Both the position numbers and the translations under genes were made by a program. Source: Thermodesulfovibrionia bacterium (GTDB lineage Bacteria; Nitrospirota; Thermodesulfovibrionia; UBA6902). Taken from it: a DNA stretch of 64,000 bases. The first letter of the stretch is position 1, and every line of letters starts with the position of its first letter. Of the stretch, positions 18,891 to 27,664 are shown one piece after another. The notes under the pieces were generated by a model. That model did not search any database. It saw only the letters and a list, made by a program, of their open reading frames with translations, and had not been told where the DNA came from. The stretch spans positions 72,005 to 136,004 of the forward strand of contig JAGVNU010000076.1 in the NCBI GenBank assembly GCA_020053105.1, given 5' to 3'.

Positions 18891-19923
18891 TCCAGTACAG
18901 TGTCTCCAATTCCCTGTCTTTCTTGTGCACTACGGTTTTAATCGACCTTTTAATTTTACCATCCGCGACGGTCCCTGTAGAGATAATTGTAAAAAATTCA
19001 GATGAGACCTTCCCATTAGCCATCGGCGCAACAATTGGCGCGACCTCTCTTTGAGTGATTATGTTGGATGCCGCATCAAGTCCGAATATCGCTTCCAGGA
19101 CCGCCCTGGAGGCGGTATTAATATTTATTCCGTTTGTGCCATACACAGTAAAATACTTTTCAACTCCCTCGTAAGTTTTTTCCTCTTCGGGGTTTTCTTC
19201 CGCTGCAGCGGCTTCCCCTTCCTTTTTCGAGCCGGAAAGGTATTCTTTATTCATCCCCTTCACCAGCAAAAGCTCCTCCAGGGAATCCAGGGGGCCGTCT
19301 TTGCAGCTATAGGGTCTGTCCAGAGAACGGTAGTAGTCTTCCTCCGCTCCGTTAAGCATGTGCAGATCATCCGTGTCCCGCCAGTCAGCAATTGAATCGG
19401 CTATTGTATCTACTTCCGTGATATCAATGCCGGTATCGAGAAAAACGTATTTCAATCTTTCGATGGACTCAATATTAATGTTCATTTTTCCATCCTCATC
19501 AGTGATGATATACGTGAAGCTCCCCCTGCCTACTTCGTCCTTTCTCTCCATTTTTTCTTTATCTTCAGTCTCCACTCCAAATACAAGCATTTTGTCTTCA
19601 TTAAGATAAACAATCTCATTGGTCTTGGCGGAAAAGAGTTCAAGCTTTGCCTGTTCAATCCCGGCAAGGGCCATCTGATACGCCTCTTCTTCCTCCTTGA
19701 AATTTCTTGCAATATTTATCTCGGTCCTCATTGAATAGGAAAATTCCCCGACAATTGCTATAAGGACGACTATGATCCAGATGACGATAACAAGCGCGAC
19801 CCCTCCCCTTTCATTATTTAATATTTCCGGGCGTCGTATGGTACAGGGAGACAGGCTTCCTGTATGAATACACGCGCCTTGCAGGCTGTTCCGGAAATTG
19901 CGCATAAAATTAAAGGGGCTCAC
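18871..19923 (-). CDS. gspK: T2SS minor pseudopilin GspK
   Basis: N-terminal hydrophobic helix (GGVALVIVIWIIVVLIAIVGE), large size, and an HhH-like segment (ININTASRAVLEAIFGL) typical of GspK. Confidence 0.7.
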   Translation of the reverse strand: MSPFNFMRNFRNSLQGACIHTGSLSPCTIRRPEILNNERGGVALVIVIWIIVVLIAIVGEFSYSMRTEINIARNFKEEEEAYQMALAGIEQAKLELFSAKTNEIVYLNEDKMLVFGVETEDKEKMERKDEVGRGSFTYIITDEDGKMNINIESIERLKYVFLDTGIDITEVDTIADSIADWRDTDDLHMLNGAEEDYYRSLDRPYSCKDGPLDSLEELLLVKGMNKEYLSGSKKEGEAAAAEENPEEEKTYEGVEKYFTVYGTNGININTASRAVLEAIFGLDAASNIITQREVAPIVAPMANGKVSSEFFTIISTGTVADGKIKRSIKTVVHKKDRELETLYWNDNIIG

Positions 19924-20548
19924 TTTCCAGCTCTTCCTTTTTTTGGGCCAGACCCATGGGTATTGTAATTAAAAACGGCTCAAAATGAGAAATCTTGACC
20001 CTGACCGCGCCGGGCAGTTTCTCGCCATAATCCCAGGAATCTTTCCATTCATTGTCCTCAGCTGATAAATACGCAAATTTTATTTCTTCTATGTCTGTAT
20101 CGACAATCTCTTCATCACCCGTGATACTATCATCCAGTTTTTTGTCGGGCAAAAGGCCCTCTTTCAGAAAAAGGGTCCCGTCCTTATAAGAATACCTTAC
20201 CCATTTAAATCCCCCGAAGCCTGCATCAGTTAACGAAGTTACAAACATGACAGAATCAGATTTGCCTTCAAACACCGCAACCTTTTCATCTTCGACCTCC
20301 ATTATATATGGATATGCTGATTTGATCTGCTGTGACAGCAGGCCGGACAATACCCGGAACCTCTGGGTCCATACTGTTTCCTGTTCACCCTTTTCCCAGG
20401 CGTTCATACCAAGACGGAAACCGTTGCCGATAATCAGGATAATAAGCGGCAAAATGGTCAATGCAATAACAAGTTCAAGTAGCGTGAAACCTGAATCAGA
20501 AGAGCGGGTCCCTTCCACCATCTGCAGTCTGCCCTTTGGCGTTCTCAC
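19910..20548 (-). CDS. gspJ: T2SS minor pseudopilin GspJ
   Basis: Prepilin-type N-terminal motif GFTLLELVIAL. Size and position match gspJ. Confidence 0.6.
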   Translation of the reverse strand: MRTPKGRLQMVEGTRSSDSGFTLLELVIALTILPLIILIIGNGFRLGMNAWEKGEQETVWTQRFRVLSGLLSQQIKSAYPYIMEVEDEKVAVFEGKSDSVMFVTSLTDAGFGGFKWVRYSYKDGTLFLKEGLLPDKKLDDSITGDEEIVDTDIEEIKFAYLSAEDNEWKDSWDYGEKLPGAVRVKISHFEPFLITIPMGLAQKKEELESEPL

Positions 20549-20919
20549 AGTTTTTCTTCTCCTGTAAGCATCTTAAGACTGACCATCTCAATAGACTTCT
20601 GCTGTTTCAGGGCATCCGGCCATAATATCTTCACTATCATCTTATTCAGCTTATAACCCGATTCATCAAGCTGCTTGTAATCCTGTATCTCCATTTCCCA
20701 TTTAAAGCCGTCTTCAAAGGTGCCGCTGTCATTGGCAAGGGTCTGAGACAGCTCCTCCATTTTGTCCTTGGCATGGACAATAGCTATTGTGTAGTCACAG
20801 GAGGCCTTTGCGGATCTAAGACCTGCCGAGAATAGCTGCATGATGAGTACCAGGCTTATGCCTAAAATGGCCATTGCCACAATTACTTCGATAAGGGTAA
20901 ACCCTTCGCCCTTTCTCAT
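20545..20919 (-). CDS. gspI: T2SS minor pseudopilin GspI
   Basis: Prepilin-type motif KGEGFTLIEVIVAMAILG. 124 aa, in the gspI position. Confidence 0.65.
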   Translation of the reverse strand: MRKGEGFTLIEVIVAMAILGISLVLIMQLFSAGLRSAKASCDYTIAIVHAKDKMEELSQTLANDSGTFEDGFKWEMEIQDYKQLDESGYKLNKMIVKILWPDALKQQKSIEMVSLKMLTGEEKL

Positions 20920-21449
20920 TCAGCTTTCTCCACATCCACCTTTCCGGTTATTCTGTTTACTGTGATCAAATACCCTGCGCCGTCTTCGCGGACAATTTCA
21001 ATCACTCCTCCGGAGGCATTCCCTCTCGGGAAGAACTCCACGTTGGGAGATTCCTCATCACTGTCCCGCAGAGTCATTTGAAGTTCATCGGGAACAGGTA
21101 TCTCAGAGACAAGATCAATCTTATTATAATCGGTGTCTTCCGCGTACAGTCTGTATTTCTGTTCCTCTTTATCAATTACAAAGCAATAAATCTTTTTTTC
21201 ACTTACCGCCCGTGTCCTTGCATATCTGAGCGCCGCAGATACTTCCTTGGTAAATTTCCTTATCTCAAGAGTCCCTGACCCTCTATTGATCCAGACTCCG
21301 ACAAGGCCGGATGCAATCCCTATAATAAAAAGCACTATGATGACCTCTACCAGAGTGAACCCCGACAAAGGATGAGAGATGAAGGATGAAGGATTAATAC
21401 TTTTATTTTCTGCCTTCCGCCTTCTGCCTTCCATCTTGCTCATGGTCAC
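20916..21449 (-). CDS. gspH: T2SS minor pseudopilin GspH
   Basis: Prepilin-type motif SGFTLVEVIIVLFIIG, located directly after gspG. Confidence 0.6.
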   Translation of the reverse strand: MTMSKMEGRRRKAENKSINPSSFISHPLSGFTLVEVIIVLFIIGIASGLVGVWINRGSGTLEIRKFTKEVSAALRYARTRAVSEKKIYCFVIDKEEQKYRLYAEDTDYNKIDLVSEIPVPDELQMTLRDSDEESPNVEFFPRGNASGGVIEIVREDGAGYLITVNRITGKVDVEKAE

Positions 21450-21886
21450 TTCCAGCTTACGACGTCCGCGTTTTCTCCCTCTCCGCCTTCTGCCTTGTCA
21501 GCGCCGTATGAATAAATATCATAATCGCCGTTCTTCCCCGGTGACTCATAAACATACGGATTGTTCCACGGGTCAAGGGGGATCTCGATCTTCTTCAGAT
21601 ACGGCCCGTTCCAGTTGTCAGTTCCGGAACTCTGGGTAATGAGCGCAGCCAAACCTTCAGCAGTTGTCGGATACCGTCCGGTGTCAAGACGAAATGAATC
21701 AAGCGCCGTCCCGAAAAGCTCTATTTGCGAGCGGGCGGCGCTGCCCTTTGCCTGCCCTATCCTGCCGAACATCCTGGGGACTACGAGCGCAGCCAAAAGG
21801 CCAAGGATGATCATGACCACCATCAGTTCAATTAAGGTAAAACCCCTTTTACATTTTAAAAAATTTGTTTCCCTTTTATTACTCAT
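21446..21886 (-). CDS. gspG: T2SS major pseudopilin GspG
   Basis: KRGFTLIELMVVMIILGLLAALVVP leader and helix, plus the C-terminal DPWGNPY-like segment (DPWNNPYVY) typical of GspG. Confidence 0.9.
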   Translation of the reverse strand: MSNKRETNFLKCKRGFTLIELMVVMIILGLLAALVVPRMFGRIGQAKGSAARSQIELFGTALDSFRLDTGRYPTTAEGLAALITQSSGTDNWNGPYLKKIEIPLDPWNNPYVYESPGKNGDYDIYSYGADKAEGGEGENADVVSWK

Positions 21887-21943
21887 TAGACCTCCTATTA
21901 AGCAGGGGCACGGCGCGCCGCGCCCCTGCAGTTTGATTGTCCT

Positions 21944-23161
21944 CTATAGCGGCAATTCATTGATGCTGAATATTGCCAGAAGCATTGACACAACGATAAA
22001 TCCGACCACGATACCCATGATGAGAATCAATACCGGTTCCAGCAGTGAAAGCAAACGTTTCACGGTGGTCCTTACCTCTATGTCAAAGCGGTCTGCAATC
22101 TTGATCAGCATTTCGTCGAGTTTCCCTGTTTCCTCGCCGACGGTCACCATATGGACGGCAAGGGGAGGGAAAATATCGCTGTTTTTTAACGGCTCCGAGA
22201 TCCCCCGGCCCTTCCTTACGGATTCTCTGACTGAAGCTATAATTTCTGATATCTTGTCACTTTCCAATGTGCCTTTAACTATCTGGAACGCATTCAATAT
22301 AGGCACACCGCTTGCGAGGAGCGTGCCGAGTGTTCTGGCAAAGCGCGACACAGCAGCTTCCTTGTACAGTTTACCGAAAACCGGAAGCCTGAATTTTATC
22401 TGGTCCCACTTACGTCTTCCCTTGTCACTCTTCAGGTACCGCTTCGCCGCATAATAGACTGCCGCGAAGAACCCCACAAACAGCCACCAGTAGTCAACTA
22501 GGCTGTTGCTTATGGCAAGCAGAATTAACGTAGGCAAAGGAAGCGCCCCGCCCATATCAGCGAATATCTTGGTAAACTGGGGGACAACAAAAGTAAGCAG
22601 CAATATTACCGCGGTCCCGCCGACAAAGCTGAGGAGTGCAGGATAGATAAGCGCTGAGCGCACGTCTTCTTTCAGGCTTTGGGAGTTTTCAAGATACGTA
22701 GCCATCCTTGAAATTGAATCCTCTATAAACCCGCCGGCTTCTCCTGCCTTTATCATGTTCACGTAAAACATGGGGAAGGCATCCGGGAACCTGGCCAGGG
22801 CATCAGAAAAAGACTTGCCGCTTCTGACCTGGGCATGAAGTTCATCCAGAAGTTCTTTGAATTTCTTTTTCTCAGTCAGCTCCGCCAGGATTGAAAGGGA
22901 CTTGTCAAGGGTAAACCCGGCATCGAGAAGCACGCCTATCTGATATGTAAAAGTCATTATATCCTTATCTGTTACGCCGCCTTTAAGGGACGACATGAAA
23001 CGGTCAAAAAACCCCTCCCGGTCAATAGCCTTAACAATCTTTAAAGGGAAATACCCCATGTCCTGGAGACGATCAATGGCAGAGCGCTCACTCGGAACAT
23101 CAATGCTGCCGGTCACGATGTTCCCTTCCCGTGTAGTTGCCTCGTAATGGTAAGTGTCCAT
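21944..23161 (-). CDS. gspF: T2SS inner-membrane platform protein GspF
   Basis: 405 aa with a duplicated T2SS-F domain and three TM segments. Confidence 0.9.
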   Translation of the reverse strand: MDTYHYEATTREGNIVTGSIDVPSERSAIDRLQDMGYFPLKIVKAIDREGFFDRFMSSLKGGVTDKDIMTFTYQIGVLLDAGFTLDKSLSILAELTEKKKFKELLDELHAQVRSGKSFSDALARFPDAFPMFYVNMIKAGEAGGFIEDSISRMATYLENSQSLKEDVRSALIYPALLSFVGGTAVILLLTFVVPQFTKIFADMGGALPLPTLILLAISNSLVDYWWLFVGFFAAVYYAAKRYLKSDKGRRKWDQIKFRLPVFGKLYKEAAVSRFARTLGTLLASGVPILNAFQIVKGTLESDKISEIIASVRESVRKGRGISEPLKNSDIFPPLAVHMVTVGEETGKLDEMLIKIADRFDIEVRTTVKRLLSLLEPVLILIMGIVVGFIVVSMLLAIFSINELPL

Positions 23162-24891
23162 TAAATTCCTTCCTGAGACACTCTCAAGACTTCCTCAATG
23201 GTTGTTATACCCTCTCTGACCTTCTGCCAGCCGTTGTCCCTCAGGACCTGCATCCCTTTAGAGACCGCCATTTGCCTGATAACATCAGAGCTTGCGCTTT
23301 CAAGGATCAATTTTCTAATTTCCGTGGTTATTACCATTAATTCAAAAATCCCTGTTCTTCCCCGGTATCCCGTACCCCTGCAAGCCTCACAACCTTTACC
23401 GTGGTAAGCGATGAAGTTCTCGGGCAGATAATCAATCTTTTCAATAATGTCCTGCGGAGGGGTATAAACCTCTTTGCATTCCGGACATATGACCCTCACG
23501 AGTCTCTGGGCCAGAACACCTATTAATGATGACGACACCAGAAAGCCCTCAATACCCATATCAAGAAGCCTTGTCACAGCTCCGGGGGCGTCATTGGTAT
23601 GGAGCGTGCTGAACACAAGGTGTCCGGTAAGGGCCGAATGGATGGCTATTTCAGCAGTCTCAATGTCCCTGATCTCGCCTACCATGATAACGTCCGGGTC
23701 CTGACGTACAATATGCCTCAGACCATTGGCAAAGGTAAGCCCTATCTGCGGTTTAATCGGTATCTGGTTTATCCCGTCAATCTGATATTCAATGGGGTCT
23801 TCCACGGTGATGATCTTTTTATCGTCTGAATTAATCTTGTTCAGCGATGCGTAAAGCGTTGTGGTCTTTCCGCTGCCTGTAGGCCCTGTCACAAGGATCA
23901 TTCCGTATGGAGTCGTGATCAGCTTTTTATACGTATCCAGTATTTCCTCAGGAAAACCGATATGGTCAAGAACAATAAGCGCGCTGCCACGGTCCAGTAT
24001 CCTCATAACAATACTTTCGCCGTATATAGTCGGTATCGAAGAGACCCTGAGGTCGATGTCCCTGCCCGACACCCTCAACTTTATCCTGCCGTCCTGGGGG
24101 AGTCTTCTCTCTGCAATATTGAGACGTGACATTATTTTGATTCTTGATATAACAGCAGGCTGAATGCGTTTCGGCAGGGATTCAACCTGGGTGAGAGCTC
24201 CGTCAATCCTGTACCGTACCTTGACGCTGTTTTCAAAAGGCTCTATGTGTATATCACTGGTCCTGCCCTCGACCGCCCTTGTGATCAGCATATTGACGAG
24301 CTTTACGATCGGCGCCTCAAAGGCCATGTCACGCAGGTGATGTACGTCCTCCTGCAATTCATCAATCTCCTCGGTTTCGCTCTCTTCCTCTCTCATCCCC
24401 TCCATAATGCTGGTCATCTGGACATTGCTGCCGAAGTACTGCTCTATGGCCTCCATGATGTCATTCTCACTGCTCAGAAAAATCTCGACGGATTTACTCG
24501 AAAAAAACTGCAGGGTGTCGGTGACATATTCATTGAGTGGATCGGATACAGCGATTTTCAGTACATTGTCCTCCGCTCCGATGGGGACAAACTTGTACTG
24601 CTTCATAAACTTGACCGTTGGATAGGGGACGTTCGGTATCGTTTTCGGGAATTCGTTAAACTTGAGATATTGCAGGCCAAGCTGGGAGCTGAGGGCGCCG
24701 AGCATTTCATCTTCCGAGATGAAACCCAGGCCCACCAGTACATCACCCAGACGCCGGTGGCCTGTCTTGTTAAAAGAAGCCTGTTCCTTTAACGCAATCT
24801 CAAGTTTTTCAGGTGTAATGAGCTTGAGGTCAAGCAGGATAATGCCAAGCATGCCTGCTTTATTGATCTTCTTTACTGCTTCACGGCTCAT
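23161..24891 (-). CDS. gspE: T2SS ATPase GspE with N-terminal T2SSE_N/MshEN-like domain
   Basis: Walker A GPTGSGKTTT, Asp and His boxes, Walker B (IMVGEIRD), and a tetracysteine CPEC...CEAC. The N-terminus carries two LG..LL..G.I....L...L..Q-type repeats. Confidence 0.9.
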   Translation of the reverse strand: MSREAVKKINKAGMLGIILLDLKLITPEKLEIALKEQASFNKTGHRRLGDVLVGLGFISEDEMLGALSSQLGLQYLKFNEFPKTIPNVPYPTVKFMKQYKFVPIGAEDNVLKIAVSDPLNEYVTDTLQFFSSKSVEIFLSSENDIMEAIEQYFGSNVQMTSIMEGMREEESETEEIDELQEDVHHLRDMAFEAPIVKLVNMLITRAVEGRTSDIHIEPFENSVKVRYRIDGALTQVESLPKRIQPAVISRIKIMSRLNIAERRLPQDGRIKLRVSGRDIDLRVSSIPTIYGESIVMRILDRGSALIVLDHIGFPEEILDTYKKLITTPYGMILVTGPTGSGKTTTLYASLNKINSDDKKIITVEDPIEYQIDGINQIPIKPQIGLTFANGLRHIVRQDPDVIMVGEIRDIETAEIAIHSALTGHLVFSTLHTNDAPGAVTRLLDMGIEGFLVSSSLIGVLAQRLVRVICPECKEVYTPPQDIIEKIDYLPENFIAYHGKGCEACRGTGYRGRTGIFELMVITTEIRKLILESASSDVIRQMAVSKGMQVLRDNGWQKVREGITTIEEVLRVSQEGI

Positions 24892-27307
24892 CGGTTTTGG
24901 ACGGGTTTGTCCCCTCCGTGCTGGAAGTGGATGGAACGGTCAATCCTACTTTGGGATATTTAATATCACTTTCATTGAGATAGTTCTTGACATTTTTCAA
25001 CTTCCTGAGGAATTCGCTGGTTAAAGCTTCCCCTTCAGACCTTGTAGCTATGACTTGAGGGGTTATAATAATTACCAACTCTTTCTTTTCCGTTGAATCT
25101 ATCTGGTAACGGAAGAGATTACCGAGCAACGGGATATCCATCAAAAGGGGGATGCCGCTGTAATCACTTTTCTTTTCCTCCCGCATGATGCCGCCGATAA
25201 CTATTCCCTGCTTGTCCGGTACGACAATGGATGTTTTTGCCTTTGTTGTGCTGAATGAGGGGAATGTGTTCCCTTCTTTTCCGACCTGTATGTTGGCTCC
25301 CCGATCAGATACCTCCTGCTCAAGGTCAAGCACGACTGTTTTATCCTCGCTTATTGTAGGCTTGATCTTCAGTTTAATGCCGACAGTCTTATATTGTATG
25401 TTTTGCGTCAACGTGTCGGATGTTGTGCTTGAGGCCGTAGAGCTCGTTGCTGTAGGTATCTCTGAGCCAACTTCAATACTCGCCTCTTCCTGGTCTCTGA
25501 CAAGGAGCCTGGGGCTTGAGAGAATGTCTACTTTTCCTTTTGATGCCAGAGCATTAATAAGCGCCGTGAACTTGTCCGGCTGAAATACGATATAAGATAG
25601 TCCTCCTAACCCTGCTCCTAAAGTAGCATCTGCCGCTTTGGTTATAATATCGCCGGTCAGAGAACTCCCAACAATTTCGGTGACTTTAGTATTTGGGTCA
25701 CCAGGAGTACTTTCCAAGAATCTGTTGTTTCTGTATCTGCTATTAAGAACAGACCACTGGATCCCGTGCTCATCCCCGGTAGTAAGTGTCACCTGCGCAA
25801 CAACGGCCTCGATCAGCACTTCCCTTGGGTATGTATCTATTTTCTTTATGGTCTTTACAATCTCCCTGTATATCCCCGGAGGGGCAAAAATAATAAGTGA
25901 ATTAGTAGGCTCAAAAGTAATAATCTCAATCCTGCTGCTGCCGTCTGACGGCTGTGCCGACCTTGGAGCGACGGAAGGTTTTTTGGGCGCGGCTTTTGCG
26001 TCTGTTTTTTGAGCAGTGACTTTTGGTTTGCCGCCGTCCCCTGCTTCATAAAGCGTCTTTAAAATATCCGCTATCTTCTCCGCCTTGACATTCTGCACAG
26101 GGTACACAAAAATATTCTGTCCTGTCACAATCTCTTCATCGAGTTTCATGATCCACCCCTCAACTGTCTGAAGGAGGGTCGGACTCGCCGAGAAAACCAC
26201 AAGGCTGTTGATTCTTTCAATGGGCACAAGCGCAATGCCTTCACGCGTCAGGTTCAGAGCATTAAGCACCTCAGTCAATTCATTTGTGAGGGTCTGCACG
26301 TCAGAATATTTGGGTTTGAAAAAGACCATCCTCGTATTCTGGAAGGCATTGACATCGATTTCATCCAGTATTTTCATGAGGCGGATAAGATTGGATGAAA
26401 GTTCATTAATAATGAGAAGGTTGTTCCTCGGGTTCGGGATGATGCTGCCGAACTGGGAGAGCATCGGGGTCAGTACCGTAGTTATTTCATTGACCGGCAC
26501 ATACTGAACTGGGACGATTTGCGTTACAGGCCTGTCCACGTCCCTGAGGGTATCGACCTGATCGTCCTTTCTGAACTCGATAGGTTTCTGTTTGGCAGTG
26601 GCGCCCGTGACTATCTTGAGGAATTCTCCGGACCTGACAACCGCCATTCCGTTCGCTTCAAGAACGGACTCAAATACATTCATTACCTCACTGACCGGGA
26701 TCTTCTTGGAGGAATGTATTGTTACCCGCGCATCTATTCCGGGGCTTATGATAAAATTCTCGTTTGTAATTGATCCTACAGTGTTTATAACATCCTTCAA
26801 ATCAGCATTGTCGAAATTTAGAATTATGAAATTCTCTTCCCTGGGTTTAGACATAAAGGCCTTTATCTGTTCAGGAGTGACTGCCCCTGAAGGAATATTC
26901 TCCTGCGTATCAGGCGCAATATTATCTGATGCCTGTTGAGGCGCGTTTATATTTTGATTATCAGCCGGCAGCTGTGTTCCGGCTGGAGGCTGATTTACCC
27001 GCAACTGGGGTCTCTGCCCCGCTCCCTGAATATTTGCAGGCCGCTGTGTCCTGACAGGAGGCTGCGGCACAGGGGCTGCTGGTTGACTCTGAACATTCAC
27101 AGGAGGCTGTGTCACGGCTGGAGGTTGCGGTACAGGTACAGCGGGTTTACTCGGCCCACTCTGAACAGTCGCGGGCTGATTTATCACGGCAGCAGGCTGT
27201 TGAGAAGGAACCGGAGATTGTTGCGTTTCTTCAGCATATATATTGCTGAAACAGGACAATAAGCAGGTAAATATAACCAGTATCTTTTTCATTTTTGTTC
27301 TTCTCAA
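24881..27307 (-). CDS. gspD: T2SS secretin GspD with Pro/Gln-rich N-terminal extension
   Basis: Signal peptide, N0-N3-type repeats and a C-terminal secretin domain (VVPDKQGIVIGGIM...GIPLLMDIPLLGNLF). Residues about 30-140 are low-complexity PQ-rich with an internal tandem repeat (PVPQPP..TQ.P.N.Q twice). Confidence 0.9.
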   Translation of the reverse strand: MRRTKMKKILVIFTCLLSCFSNIYAEETQQSPVPSQQPAAVINQPATVQSGPSKPAVPVPQPPAVTQPPVNVQSQPAAPVPQPPVRTQRPANIQGAGQRPQLRVNQPPAGTQLPADNQNINAPQQASDNIAPDTQENIPSGAVTPEQIKAFMSKPREENFIILNFDNADLKDVINTVGSITNENFIISPGIDARVTIHSSKKIPVSEVMNVFESVLEANGMAVVRSGEFLKIVTGATAKQKPIEFRKDDQVDTLRDVDRPVTQIVPVQYVPVNEITTVLTPMLSQFGSIIPNPRNNLLIINELSSNLIRLMKILDEIDVNAFQNTRMVFFKPKYSDVQTLTNELTEVLNALNLTREGIALVPIERINSLVVFSASPTLLQTVEGWIMKLDEEIVTGQNIFVYPVQNVKAEKIADILKTLYEAGDGGKPKVTAQKTDAKAAPKKPSVAPRSAQPSDGSSRIEIITFEPTNSLIIFAPPGIYREIVKTIKKIDTYPREVLIEAVVAQVTLTTGDEHGIQWSVLNSRYRNNRFLESTPGDPNTKVTEIVGSSLTGDIITKAADATLGAGLGGLSYIVFQPDKFTALINALASKGKVDILSSPRLLVRDQEEASIEVGSEIPTATSSTASSTTSDTLTQNIQYKTVGIKLKIKPTISEDKTVVLDLEQEVSDRGANIQVGKEGNTFPSFSTTKAKTSIVVPDKQGIVIGGIMREEKKSDYSGIPLLMDIPLLGNLFRYQIDSTEKKELVIIITPQVIATRSEGEALTSEFLRKLKNVKNYLNESDIKYPKVGLTVPSTSSTEGTNPSKTDEP

Positions 27308-27664
27308 AAAAATTCCCCTTTATCCCTTTGTCAAAAGAGACCAGGGAAAAGTTTGACTTTCACCTTCCTTGGTCCAGCCTTTCTTTCAATATATTTCATT
27401 GATCGTCAGAATTCCTAAAAAAGTATAACAAATTAGAGGTACTATAGCAATTATCGGCATTAGTGAAAAAATCATTAATAATGCCTAATTCCTGTATAGC
27501 TTTTCCTCTCTCCAGCTTATGGGGAAAAGCATCTCAAAAGCCGTCCTCCCCCGTCTTACCCTGTAATTATTGACAGGTTATTTTTCATATAACAATGTTT
27601 CATAATGACTGCATTCGCTTAGGGGACATGACTGAAAAGCCTTTCTTGCCTGGCTATTGTTATT

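Noticed and set aside
21561-22454. Long antisense ORFs in the track. They are 21561..22454 (+, 297 aa), 24247..24792 (+), 18466..19005 (+), 25185..25583 (+), 16377..16778 (+), 48003..48707 (-, 234 aa), 48836..49297 (-), 56389..56946 (+) and 58244..58705 (+).
   Set aside because: Each lies entirely opposite a well-supported gene (gspF/G, gspE, gspL, gspD, gspC-like, PAS, HD-GYP, hao, ompR-type). Their composition is low-complexity or odd, they have no SD or promoter signals, and they show no recognisable motifs. They are shadow ORFs.
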